Shown here: positions 44,124 to 53,142 of the stretch, piece by piece
How the letters are laid out: every line of letters starts with the position of its first letter
Numbering within the stretch: position 1 is the first letter of the stretch
Assembly: GCA_028716485.1 (NCBI GenBank)
Contig: JAQUPS010000005.1
Span: 3,666-67,665 of the forward strand
DNA length: 64,000 nt
From: Patescibacteria group bacterium
GTDB lineage: Bacteria; Patescibacteriota; Patescibacteriia; Patescibacteriales; WJLG01
Direction: 5' to 3'
The notes under the pieces: generated by a model
Seen by the model: the letters and a program-made list of their open reading frames with translations, nothing else
Told to the model about the DNA's origin: nothing
Database searches by the model: none
Made by a program: the position numbers and the translations under genes

Positions 44124-45677
44124 ATGGGATTGATAAAAAGATTGTTTAACGTTTATTTTTTTCTAATTATCCTGGCGATCGCGCTTGTCGAATTAATGTC
44201 CTTTGCCGGGCATTTTTTTCTGGATATCGACCACTGGGTATTTATCCTGGTGGCTTTGTTAACCCTGGTTTTGTCGTTGCGCAATATCAAATACGGCGTC
44301 TGGATAATTTTATTGGAATTATTCATCGGCTCGCAAGGTTATCTTCTGCATCTTGATATCGGCGCGGTGAAAATATCTTTGCGCATCGCCCTTTGGCTGA
44401 TCGTACTGTCGATCTGGTTCAAGAATTTCTTATTTTCTTTTTCAGCCAAAAGTAAAATCCGTTCAATTTTTTCAAACAGCAAGATTTTTTCCATTGCCAA
44501 TTTTTCTTATTTTTTAATACTTTTTTTCTTTGTCGCGTTGGGCGGGGCGGTCGGATATCTTCACGGCAATGATTGGCAAAATTTATTTTTCGACGCTAAC
44601 GGCTGGCTGTTTTTCCTGCTGATTTTTCCTTTCTACGAAGCGTTTTTCAATCCGGGTCTGGCCGGCGAAAAACCATTTGCTCCGGTCTGGCGGCTGCTGT
44701 CGGCCGGAACCGCTTGGATTTGCCTGAAAACTTTTTTGCTTTTTTTCTTTTTTACCCATCCTTTTCCGGCGAACAGTTTCTTACATCAGCTTTTTACCAT
44801 TCAGCTTTATCAATGGGTGAGAGATACGCTGATCGGGGAGATAACGATGACGCCGAGCGGTTTTGTCCGGATATTTATTCAATCGCAAATTTTTATCGCC
44901 ATCGCGTTATTTCTCGGCTTATTCGCGGTTAATAATTATTGGGATGAGTTGAAGAAGAGCCGAAAAACAATCTTTTTTTTACTGGCGGCAGGGGCGGCTA
45001 TGATTGGAACTTTACTGGTCAGTTTCTCCCGCAGTTTTTGGGCGGGATTGGCTGCCGTTTTTATTTTTTACATCTATCTGACCGTTAAAAATTACGGCTG
45101 GAAAAGATTTTTTACCGCCGTTGTTCTGCTGTTCGGCTCTTTGGCGATAAGCGTCGCGCTGATTTTTGCCGTCGCCAGGTTTCCTATTCCCAAGCCGAGT
45201 ATTGATTTTGATATTGCCCGGGCAATATCATCCCGAGCCGGACAACTGACGAATGAGGCCGCGCTTTCTTCGCGCTATGCCTTATTGCCGCTCTTATGGC
45301 AAAAAATTAGCAATAATCCGGTTTGGGGCGAGGGGTTTGGCGCGACCATCACTTATCGCGCCAGCGACCCGCGCATCTTGGCGCAAAATCAGGGCGGAAC
45401 TTATACCACCTATGCGTTCGAATGGGGCTGGCTGGATATTTGGCTGAAGATCGGGCTATTCGGTCTGTTGGCTTATCTATTATTGATCGGTAAGATAATT
45501 GAAGACGGTTGGAAAAAAAATACTTGGCTGGCCGCGGGATTGGCCGCCGGCCTGCTGTTGATAACTATCGTCAGTTTTTTCAGTCCCTACACGAATCATC
45601 CTTTGGGCATCGGCTTTTTATTGCTGGCCGCCGCCGCGATTTATCACGAGAAAAATGCCACTTGCGCTTGTTCATGA
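44124..45677 (+). CDS. O-antigen ligase/polymerase-like membrane protein
   Basis: More than 10 TM segments, with a Wzy_C-like loop (LVSFSRSFWAGLAAVF). Confidence 0.6.
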   Translation: MGLIKRLFNVYFFLIILAIALVELMSFAGHFFLDIDHWVFILVALLTLVLSLRNIKYGVWIILLELFIGSQGYLLHLDIGAVKISLRIALWLIVLSIWFKNFLFSFSAKSKIRSIFSNSKIFSIANFSYFLILFFFVALGGAVGYLHGNDWQNLFFDANGWLFFLLIFPFYEAFFNPGLAGEKPFAPVWRLLSAGTAWICLKTFLLFFFFTHPFPANSFLHQLFTIQLYQWVRDTLIGEITMTPSGFVRIFIQSQIFIAIALFLGLFAVNNYWDELKKSRKTIFFLLAAGAAMIGTLLVSFSRSFWAGLAAVFIFYIYLTVKNYGWKRFFTAVVLLFGSLAISVALIFAVARFPIPKPSIDFDIARAISSRAGQLTNEAALSSRYALLPLLWQKISNNPVWGEGFGATITYRASDPRILAQNQGGTYTTYAFEWGWLDIWLKIGLFGLLAYLLLIGKIIEDGWKKNTWLAAGLAAGLLLITIVSFFSPYTNHPLGIGFLLLAAAAIYHEKNATCACS

Positions 45678-45788
45678 AAAGTATTATATTTAATCTTATT
45701 AAAATTCAAATAATGTTAAATATTGTTTAATAAACTTATCTTGGCGATAAATTTAGCATTCATCATTTAGCATTTAGCATTGCCGGTT

Positions 45789-46262
45789 ATGCCCGACCAA
45801 ATCATTTCGCAAGAAGGCTTTAACAAGTTGCAGGAAGAACTGGATTTGCTGACCAATGTTAAAAGAAGAGAGATTGCCGATCGGATCGAGAAAGCGAAAG
45901 AACTGGGCGACTTAAGCGAGAACGCCGAGTATCATGAAGCAAAAGACGCGCAAGCTTTTAATGACGGCAGGATTATCGAGCTTTCGACCTTGTTAAAAAA
46001 TCTCACAGTAGTGGAAAGCGACGGCCATGGCAACGGCGATGGCAAGGCGGCGATGGGATCGAAGATAACGGTAAAAAATTTAAAAAACGGCGAAGAAAAA
46101 CAATACTCGATCGTCAGCTTTAACGAGGCGGATCCGGGGCAGGGGAAGATTTCCAACGAATCGCCGCTGGGCTTGGCCTTTTTGGGGCATCGCAAAGGAG
46201 ATGAAGTTGAAGTGACAACTCCCAGGGGCGAACTGAAATATAAAATATTACGGATTGAATAG
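45789..46262 (+). CDS. greA: transcription elongation factor GreA
   Basis: ELGDLSENAEYHEAKDAQAFNDGRIIEL and a C-terminal FKBP-like domain. Confidence 0.9.
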   Translation: MPDQIISQEGFNKLQEELDLLTNVKRREIADRIEKAKELGDLSENAEYHEAKDAQAFNDGRIIELSTLLKNLTVVESDGHGNGDGKAAMGSKITVKNLKNGEEKQYSIVSFNEADPGQGKISNESPLGLAFLGHRKGDEVEVTTPRGELKYKILRIE

Positions 46263-46333
46263 AAGATTGGTTTATTAGTGAATTAGTTGATTGGTTGACT
46301 GATTTTCCGACTACAATTATTCAAACAATAAAA

Positions 46334-46355
46334 ACGGGTATTTATCCGTTTTTTG
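46334..46355 (+). terminator. intrinsic terminator after greA
   Basis: ACGGGT-attt-ATCCGT followed by a T-run. Confidence 0.6.
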
Positions 46356-46510
46356 TTATTTAATATTAAGATAATATATACATTTTTTGTCAATATTGAC
46401 GTTTATTCGACGGTGTGATAAAAAGATTATGGGTATAGTTCTTCTATGCCCTTGTGCTGTAAGGGGGCCTGCCTAAGGCTCTCAAGTCTTCCTTGAAAGG
46501 AGGGAAGCCA

Positions 46511-46567
46511 ATGAAATACTGTTTCATGGCAACAGCGATTTTCCTTTTAATTCACGCCTTCCTATGA
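46511..46567 (+). CDS. 18-aa hydrophobic micro-ORF (MKYCFMATAIFLLIHAFL)
   Basis: AGGAGG (46498-46503) lies 7 nt upstream of the ATG. It is not in the ORF track because of its size. Coding status is unproven. Confidence 0.3.
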   Translation: MKYCFMATAIFLLIHAFL

Positions 46568-46969
46568 GCAAACAAATGCTTCGGCATCTTGCTCAGCAAT
46601 AAAGGATTTGGAGTGTTGGATAAATCGTCAACCCCGGATAAAACCGGGGGCGGGGAAGCGGGATGGCCGCGGAAGCGGCCAACCTCTATCTGTTTTTATT
46701 ACCGCTGGCGCGAACCGTCAGGATAAAAAAATAGTTCAAAAAATCAACCAAGCGCAAAAAAACAAAAAAATTTCAAAAATCACCAACACAAAAACCTTTC
46801 TCTCTCCCTCACACACTCGCTCTTTAAATTTATTTGTCCGATGGGTCTGACACGCCGCAACTCTTTTTTCCAATCACAACTCTTTTTTTCTCCTTCCCTC
46901 GCTCTTTCTACCCATCACATTTAAATTTTCATCATCCACCCCCATCCCTTCATTCTCCGTTTTTCCATC

Positions 46970-47003
46970 GCCCTCGGCTCATTTTTCCGAGGGCCTTTTT
47001 TTT
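46970..47003 (+). terminator. strong intrinsic terminator
   Basis: GCCCTCGG-ctcattttt-CCGAGGGC (8-bp stem) followed by C and T8. Confidence 0.8.
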
Positions 47004-47016
47004 ACTGCAAATACTA

Positions 47017-47036
47017 CCTACCTGCCGGCAGGCAGG
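47017..47036. repeat. CCTGCCGGCAGGCAGG-type palindrome, copy 3
   Basis: CCTACCTGCCGGCAGGCAGG. Homologous copies lie at 14982-15002 and 31427-31444. Confidence 0.7.
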
Positions 47037-47103
47037 CGAAAAAGGCATCCGAATATACTACGAATAAACATCGAAGCCGCCAGAGCCAAGGCCGCGCAAG
47101 GCT

Positions 47104-47132
47104 TTGACAATAAACTAAAAATGGCATAAAAT
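47104..47132 (+). promoter_or_regulatory. sigma70 promoter of lysS
   Basis: TTGACA, 17 nt, then TAAAAT. Confidence 0.65.
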
Positions 47133-47188
47133 TATCGTATAAATATCAGCCATTTCCCCTCGCGAGAGGAGAAGGATTTTTTGTTAAT

Positions 47189-48673
47189 ATGCCAAACAAT
47201 GAACAAAATAGCGAAGTCCGAAATCCGAACGAGAGAGAAGATCGCTTGAAGAAATTGGAAGAATTAAAAAAATCAGGCATCAATCCTTATCCGGACAAAA
47301 CAAGCCGATCCAATTCCATCGTCGATGTTTTGGCGCACTGGGAAGATTTAATGCCGGCCAATAAAACCCTGGTTATTACCGGTCGGGTTATGCTTAAGCG
47401 TGAATTCGGCAATTTGATTTTTGTCGAACTTTATGATGGCACGGGAAAGATCCAGTTGGCTTTTTCTAAAAAAGACATCGGCGCTGACGAATTTAAGAAA
47501 TTTACCAAGCTGATTGACCGCGGAGATTTTATCGAAGCGGCCGGCGCTTGTTTTATTACTCACAAAGGTGAAAAAAGCTTAATGGTTTCGGGTTGGAAAA
47601 TTTTGGCTAAAGCTCTCTTGCCTCTGCCGGAAAAATGGCACGGTTTGGAAAATGAGGATGAACGCTTTCGCCAAAGATATTTGGATCTGCTCGCTAATCC
47701 GGAAATTCATGATTTGTTCATCAAGAAAGCGAAATTTTGGGATACGGTGCGGCGCTTTATGCAGGATAAAGGATTTTTGGAAGTGGAAACTCCGACTTTG
47801 GAAACTACCACCGGCGGCGCCGAGGCCAATCCTTTCCGCACTCATCACGATGATTTTGACTTGGATGTTTATCTGCGGATTTCCATCGGCGAGCTTTGGC
47901 AAAAAAGATTGATGGCCGGCGGTTTTGACAAGACTTTCGAAATCGGCCGCGCTTACCGCAATGAAGGTTCTTCACCTGACCACACGCAAGAATTTACCAA
48001 TCTGGAATTCTATTGGGCTTATGCCAATTATGAAGACGGAATGGAAATTTCCCAAGAACTATATCAAAAAATCGCCCAAGACGTTTTCGGAACCACTAAA
48101 TTCAAAAGCAAGAATTATGAATATGATTTGGCGGGGGAGTGGCCGCGCGTTGAGTATTGCTCAAAAATAAAAGAAGAAACCGGAATAAATGTTTTAGAGG
48201 CGAGCGTCGATCAAATCAAAGAAAAATTAGCCGAATTAAACGTAAAATACGAAGGCGACAGCAAAGAACGCCTGATCGATACGCTCTGGAAATTCTGCCG
48301 GAAAAAAATCGTTGGTCCGGCCTTTGTAATCAATCATCCCAAGATCGTTTCACCTTTAGCCAAGGCCATTCCGGGCAATCCGGAACTTACCGAGCGTTTC
48401 CAAATTCTCATTGCCGGTTCGGAAATCGGCAATGGCTATTCGGAATTGAATGATCCATTGGAACAGCGCCAGCGTTTTGAAGAACAGCAAAAATTAATAG
48501 ATAGAGGCGATAAAGAAGCGATGATGCCGGATTGGGAATTCGTGGAAATGCTGGAGCACGGCATGCCTCCCACCTGCGGCTTCGGTTTTGGCGAGCGCCT
48601 CTTCGCTTTCTTAGCCGATAAGCCGATCCGCGAATGCCAATTATTTCCTCTAATGAAGCCAAAAATCAAGTAG
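47189..48673 (+). CDS. lysS: lysyl-tRNA synthetase, class II
   Basis: FRTHHDDFDLDVYLRISIGELWQKRLM, EIGRAYRNEGSSPDHTQEFTNLEFY, GFGFGERL. Confidence 0.93.
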   Translation: MPNNEQNSEVRNPNEREDRLKKLEELKKSGINPYPDKTSRSNSIVDVLAHWEDLMPANKTLVITGRVMLKREFGNLIFVELYDGTGKIQLAFSKKDIGADEFKKFTKLIDRGDFIEAAGACFITHKGEKSLMVSGWKILAKALLPLPEKWHGLENEDERFRQRYLDLLANPEIHDLFIKKAKFWDTVRRFMQDKGFLEVETPTLETTTGGAEANPFRTHHDDFDLDVYLRISIGELWQKRLMAGGFDKTFEIGRAYRNEGSSPDHTQEFTNLEFYWAYANYEDGMEISQELYQKIAQDVFGTTKFKSKNYEYDLAGEWPRVEYCSKIKEETGINVLEASVDQIKEKLAELNVKYEGDSKERLIDTLWKFCRKKIVGPAFVINHPKIVSPLAKAIPGNPELTERFQILIAGSEIGNGYSELNDPLEQRQRFEEQQKLIDRGDKEAMMPDWEFVEMLEHGMPPTCGFGFGERLFAFLADKPIRECQLFPLMKPKIK

Positions 48674-48689
48674 CGAAATAACACGCAGC

Positions 48690-49091
48690 GTGATTATGCA
48701 TCAATCGGCCGGAGCTATAATTAAGGATAAAGAGGGGAGAGTTTTATTGATTGAACGCAAGTTCGCTCCGTTCGGCTGGGCCGGACCGGCCGGGCATATT
48801 GACGAAGGGGAAGATCCGGAAAGGGCAATGAAACGAGAAATGCGGGAAGAAGTCGGCCTGCAAGTTGAAAAATCCCAGTTGCTTTTTCACGAAATGCTTG
48901 CCTGGAATAAATGCAGCCGCGGCGTTCTTGGTCACGATTGGTATTTATATGAAGTTTTGGAATGGTCGGGCGAAATTAAAAGGGAAAAATCAGAAGTGAA
49001 AAATATCAGATGGGTTGAGCTGGATAAGATCAAAGATTTGCCACTGGAAGAAGCCTATCAATATTGGTTTAAAAAATTAGGTTATCTATGA
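48690..49091 (+). CDS. NUDIX hydrolase
   Basis: Nudix box GPAGHIDEGEDPERAMKREMREEVGL. Confidence 0.85.
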   Translation: MIMHQSAGAIIKDKEGRVLLIERKFAPFGWAGPAGHIDEGEDPERAMKREMREEVGLQVEKSQLLFHEMLAWNKCSRGVLGHDWYLYEVLEWSGEIKREKSEVKNIRWVELDKIKDLPLEEAYQYWFKKLGYL

Positions 49092-49531
49092 AAATAACCA
49101 TCTGCGGCAGCATTGCTTTTTACGATCAGATGCTGGCTGTCCAAAAAGAATTGGAAAATTCCGGCTATGAAGTAAAATTGCCTCCCTTAACGACCAAGGA
49201 CGAGAATGGCAATCCGATTTCGGTGATAGAATTTTATAATCTCCGCCGGGCGGAAACCGACGAACAAAGCTGGATGTGGCAGAGAAAAAAAGAAGCAATC
49301 AAAATGCACTTTGATAAGATTGAATGGTCTGACGTAATTCTGGTATTGAATCATGATAAAAAGGGGATTGCTAATTATATCGGCGGCAATACTTTGATGG
49401 AAATGGGCGTGGCTTTTTATCTAAACAAGCCGATTTATCTATTGCAGCCATTGCCGGAAATTTCTTATAAAGAAGAAATCCTCGGCATGTTTCCGATAAT
49501 TATCAGCGGTGACTTATCAAAAATTAAATAA
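49088..49531 (+). CDS. nucleoside 2-deoxyribosyltransferase/DNPH1(Rcl)-like fold protein (tentative)
   Basis: MKITICGSIAF... and ..IGGNTLMEMGVAFYLNKPIYLL resemble the FCGSIRGG / GVGYELG..KPI pattern of the family. The start overlaps the Nudix stop (ATGA). Confidence 0.45.
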   Translation: MKITICGSIAFYDQMLAVQKELENSGYEVKLPPLTTKDENGNPISVIEFYNLRRAETDEQSWMWQRKKEAIKMHFDKIEWSDVILVLNHDKKGIANYIGGNTLMEMGVAFYLNKPIYLLQPLPEISYKEEILGMFPIIISGDLSKIK

Positions 49532-49580
49532 AATCAGCAGCACATTTTTAATTTTTCATTTTTAACTTTTAATTGAAATT

Positions 49581-50852
49581 ATGTTGGATATAAAATACAT
49601 CCGCGAACATAAGGAGGAGGTAAAAAAGAACTGTGAAAACAGGTTGTCTTCGGCAAACGTCGATGAACTTTTAAAGCTTGATGAACAGCGCCGCAAGATT
49701 ATCGGCGAAATCGACTCTTTGCGTACCGAACGGAACCAAGGTTCCAAAGGCAAGCCGAGCCCGGAAGAAATAGAGGCTATGAAGCAGAAGAGGGTCAGGA
49801 TCGGAGAAATGGAAGCGGAATTGGCAAAAATCGAGGAAAAATATAACGAAGAACTTTTCAAGGTGCCGAATCTTACGCATCCGGACGTGAAGGCGAGCAA
49901 AAACGAAGATGATAATCCGGTTTTGGAAATTTTCAAGGAGCCGGCCAAATTTGATTTTGAACCGAAGGATCATGTTCAGCTATCCGAGGCGCTTGATCTG
50001 ATCGATTTCAACCGCGCCGCGGAAGTTTCCGGCGCCAAATTCTATTATTTAAAGAATGAACTGGCGCTTTTGGAATTCGCTTTGATCCAATATGCCTTGG
50101 AAATTCTATATCAGAAAGGTTTTACGCCGATCACCACGCCGGATTTGGCCAAGCAGGAAGTTTTGAAGGCCATGGGTTTTAATCCAAGAGGGGAGTCGAC
50201 CCAGATTTATAACATTGAGAATTCGGATTTATCCCTGATCGGCACGGCGGAAATTACCATGGGCGGCTATCATCGCGGCGAAGTTTTATCCGAAGCCGAG
50301 CTGCCGAAAAAATACGCGGCAGTCTCTCATTGCTTCCGCACCGAAGCCGGCAGCTATTCCAAATTTTCCAAAGGGATTTTCCGCGTCCATCAGTTCACCA
50401 AAATAGAAATGTTCCAATATGTCAGGCCGGAAACTTCCGAAGCGGCGCACCGGGAACTTTTAGAAATCGAGAAAGAAATTTTCAAAGGATTGGATATCCC
50501 TTTCCGCGTCGTTGACCATTGCACGGCCGACCTGGGCGCGCCATCGACCAGGACTTTTGATTTGGAAGCTTGGATGCCGGGCAAGCCCAATAAAGAAGGA
50601 AAGATGGGGGATTGGGGCGAAATCACTTCCACTTCGAACTGCACTGATTATCAGGCTCGCGCTCTCAATATCAAATACAAAAAAGCCGATGGCGATAAAG
50701 AATATGTCCATATGCTCAATGGCACGGCCATTGCCGTCACCCGGGCGATAATCGCCATCTTGGAAAATTATCAGCAAGCTGACGGCAGTATTAAAATCCC
50801 GGAAGTATTGGTGAAATACATGCCCGGCAGAATCACATCCATAAAAAAATAA
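49581..50852 (+). CDS. serS: seryl-tRNA synthetase
   Basis: MLDIKYIREHKEEV, FRTEAGSYSK, GIFRVHQFTKIEMF, LNGTAIAVTRAIIAILENYQ. Confidence 0.93.
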   Translation: MLDIKYIREHKEEVKKNCENRLSSANVDELLKLDEQRRKIIGEIDSLRTERNQGSKGKPSPEEIEAMKQKRVRIGEMEAELAKIEEKYNEELFKVPNLTHPDVKASKNEDDNPVLEIFKEPAKFDFEPKDHVQLSEALDLIDFNRAAEVSGAKFYYLKNELALLEFALIQYALEILYQKGFTPITTPDLAKQEVLKAMGFNPRGESTQIYNIENSDLSLIGTAEITMGGYHRGEVLSEAELPKKYAAVSHCFRTEAGSYSKFSKGIFRVHQFTKIEMFQYVRPETSEAAHRELLEIEKEIFKGLDIPFRVVDHCTADLGAPSTRTFDLEAWMPGKPNKEGKMGDWGEITSTSNCTDYQARALNIKYKKADGDKEYVHMLNGTAIAVTRAIIAILENYQQADGSIKIPEVLVKYMPGRITSIKK

Positions 50853-50854
50853 AT

Positions 50855-51712
50855 ATGCCATTATTCGGCAATTATTCGGGAAAAAGGCGCCAGCCGATCG
50901 ACTACCACGAAAAAAAACTGGAAAATCCTTTTTATAAAAGGCGGGAAAGGATAATATCGCTTGCCGGAATCAAGGGCAAATTAATTATCATCCTCACTGT
51001 CTTAATTTTGATTTTTATCATCTGGTTCATTTTTATCTCGCATTTTTGGGGGATAAAAAAGATTTCCATCTCCGGTGTGGACCAAATGTCCGATACCGAT
51101 GTCCGCAATCTGATCACCGAGCAGATGCATGCGAGGAATTTCATCCTATTTCCCCAGGATAATCTCCTTTTTTTTAATAAAAGAAATTTTGAGAATACGC
51201 TGCAGAAAAAATATCATTTTCAAAAAATCGAAATAAAAGAAGAATGGCCCAACGCGCTGGTGATCAACATTATCAGCAAGCCATTGGCCGGCATCTGGAA
51301 TGAAGGGGATAAATATTATTATATTGATACCGACGGCTACGCGGTGCAGGAAATCAACCCCCTGGATTTGAAAGATAATAAATATCCTTTAATAACCAAT
51401 CTGTCTTCGCTGCGCTTGCGCGGCAATCGGATCGCGGTTGATCCAAGTTATATAAATTTTGCCGTCTTGCTGTACGCGAAATTCGCCCAGGCGATGCCGG
51501 GCGTGAATATCGACCGATTTGTTATCGACGACGAAGTCGATACGCTGAAATTACTGACCCCTGAAGGCCTGAAAATAATTTTTAACACCAAAGACGATAT
51601 CGACAAGCAGTTGAGCAACCTGGCGATTTTAAAAAATCAGAAATTGAAGGATGTTTTTAACAAGCAAAAGCTGATTGACCTCCGTTACGGCGATAAAATT
51701 TATTATCAATGA
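50855..51712 (+). CDS. FtsQ/DivIB-like cell division protein (POTRA)
   Basis: N-terminal TM helix, then ISISGVDQMSDTDVRNLI (POTRA-like). Confidence 0.6.
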   Translation: MPLFGNYSGKRRQPIDYHEKKLENPFYKRRERIISLAGIKGKLIIILTVLILIFIIWFIFISHFWGIKKISISGVDQMSDTDVRNLITEQMHARNFILFPQDNLLFFNKRNFENTLQKKYHFQKIEIKEEWPNALVINIISKPLAGIWNEGDKYYYIDTDGYAVQEINPLDLKDNKYPLITNLSSLRLRGNRIAVDPSYINFAVLLYAKFAQAMPGVNIDRFVIDDEVDTLKLLTPEGLKIIFNTKDDIDKQLSNLAILKNQKLKDVFNKQKLIDLRYGDKIYYQ

Positions 51713-51734
51713 CATAAGTTAACCAAATAATCAT

Positions 51735-51893
51735 ATGAGCAATGAATCAACCGAAAAAATATTCAAATTTGTTTTTTTTCTCGCGGTGATTGTCTTCCTG
51801 ATCTTGGTTATCGGAATTTTTCTCCTACTGGTGAAGTTTTCGCTGAATTTCACTCCGGTGATCCATATTTTGGGCGTGACCATGACCAATTAG
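51735..51893 (+). CDS. small membrane protein, hypothetical (52 aa)
   Basis: MSNESTEKIFKFVFFLAVIVFLILVIGIFLLLVKF... Hand-translated; below the ORF-track cutoff. Confidence 0.35.
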   Translation: MSNESTEKIFKFVFFLAVIVFLILVIGIFLLLVKFSLNFTPVIHILGVTMTN

Positions 51894-52290
51894 CCGCCTA
51901 TCCTTAAAATTTTACCGAATTTGGGTGTTTGTGATACTCAAAAAGAAAAAACCTTTAAAATAGGCCAGTGCAGAGGTTTTTAGCTTAATTTAGTGCTAAT
52001 ATTAGCTATTTTATTAGTATTATGATCAATCAATCTGGCAATGATTAGCCGCCTTTTTAAAAAAAATTATTTATCGGCCGACAAGAGCGAGAAGTGAAAA
52101 AAATTTTGCCGTAAATAAAAAATAATTTTTAAAAAATAAATTTTTTTGGCATCAAATACAAGGGCAAGGAGAAGATGACAACAGAATGAACGATTTAACG
52201 AGAAACTTTAAAAGAGGCCTTTTGTTATAGCTACTACTTCGCTTAATCTACACTAATATAAGCCAAATACTTCTTTAAAAAGCCCCCTAC

Positions 52291-52322
52291 TTTTCACCCT
52301 TGATTTTATTGGGTGAAAAAAA
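52291..52322. terminator. bidirectional hairpin
   Basis: TTTTCACCC-ttgattttatt-GGGTGAAAAAAA. Confidence 0.55.
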
Positions 52323-52341
52323 TTAAACAATTAAGGCAAAA

Positions 52342-52369
52342 AGCTCGACGTAAAAGGTCGGGCTTTTTT
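52342..52369 (+). terminator. intrinsic terminator
   Basis: AGCTCGAC-gtaaaag-GTCGGGCT (8 bp, one G.T pair) followed by T6. Confidence 0.7.
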
Positions 52370-52392
52370 GTATCTCTTTAATTTGCATTAAA

Positions 52393-52417
52393 ACCCGGCC
52401 GAAAGGTCGGGTTTTTT
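52393..52417 (+). terminator. intrinsic terminator (GAAA tetraloop)
   Basis: ACCCGGCC-gaaa-GGTCGGGT followed by T6. Confidence 0.7.
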
Positions 52418-52460
52418 CGTATGTTCGACACATTAAATCAGTAATGTCAACGACAAAAAT

Positions 52461-52634
52461 ATGCAAAAAAACGATGTCTTCAACGGTAATTTTGGCATTA
52501 CCCCTGAGGGCAAGGAAGCAAGAAACGTTCCGATCATCTTCTTCACCGGCGAGGTGGAAGACGAGATCGATGCGGAGAGCGAACAGCACCGCCGCATGAC
52601 CAGCGAACCGGTCCCGGAAAACATTCCGGCTTAA
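52461..52634 (+). CDS. small acidic protein, hypothetical (57 aa)
   Basis: MQKNDVFNGNFGITPEGKEARNVPIIFFTGEVEDEIDAESEQHRRM... Hand-translated. Confidence 0.35.
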   Translation: MQKNDVFNGNFGITPEGKEARNVPIIFFTGEVEDEIDAESEQHRRMTSEPVPENIPA

Positions 52635-52652
52635 AAAATTAGCTAATACCCC

Positions 52653-53096
52653 ATGATTAGCCTCAAGCCAAATTCAACACAAGTACCCAATATCGTCATG
52701 GACGAATGGCTTCCGGATCTAAGCGATACGGAGTTGCGAATCATCTTGATCATCGCCCGCCAAACCACTGGCTGGGGAAAAGAAAGAGATTGGATAACTC
52801 GCCACCTGCTGGCAAAAAAAATAAACAGGGAAGTGAGAATCGTGACTCGAGCCGTCGGAAAATTGGTGAAGCTTGGAATAATTAAAACCTTCAACGAAAA
52901 AGGAATCGAGCTCATCACACCATCGTCTCGGCAGCGCCAAAAAATATACTACGAATTATCAGGTGAGGTTAGGCAAAAATCTTTGTTTGGCGGCGCAAAT
53001 TCAAAACTGTGGAAAAACTGTGCGCGTCAAGGGGATAAAGCGGCATCTGGTGCACTCCAGTTCACCAGCACCAAATGTCCCAATACAAATAAATGA
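52653..53096 (+). CDS. phage replication protein O N-terminal-like (wHTH)
   Basis: VPNIVMDEWLPDLSDTELRIILIIARQTTGWGKERDWITRHLLAKKI... matches the Rep-O N-domain pattern (L...ELRvll.i.R.T.GW.K..DwIs). Confidence 0.55.
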   Translation: MISLKPNSTQVPNIVMDEWLPDLSDTELRIILIIARQTTGWGKERDWITRHLLAKKINREVRIVTRAVGKLVKLGIIKTFNEKGIELITPSSRQRQKIYYELSGEVRQKSLFGGANSKLWKNCARQGDKAASGALQFTSTKCPNTNK

Positions 53097-53142
53097 AAAC
53101 TATTAAAGACAAGATTAATAATAGCTTTCAAAAAACAAAAAA

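Larger units (their letters stand above)
46425..47003 (+). ncRNA. candidate long non-coding/leader transcript (structured 5' part, G-depleted 3' part)
   Basis: A possible promoter is TTGACG at 46396-46401 with a TG..ATAAAA -10 region. Stems include GGGTATAG..CTATGCCC, GAGCAA[..ATGC-ttcg-GCAT..]TTGCTC (UUCG tetraloop), CCCCGGataaaaCCGGGG and GGCCGCggaaGCGGCC. It ends at a strong terminator. Confidence 0.3.

Noticed and set aside
46608-47067. ORFs 46608-46850 and 46834-47067 as protein genes
   Set aside because: The translations are low-complexity (poly-K/Q, then P/F/S/L-rich) and arise from a G-depleted tract. There is no SD or start context, and they overlap a terminator and a palindrome element.
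51889-52054. 11-bp direct repeat ATTAGCCGCCT (51889-51899 and 52044-52054) as a prophage att core
   Set aside because: The two copies are only 155 bp apart, both on the left side of the phage block, so they cannot be attL/attR of the element. The right junction is outside the window.
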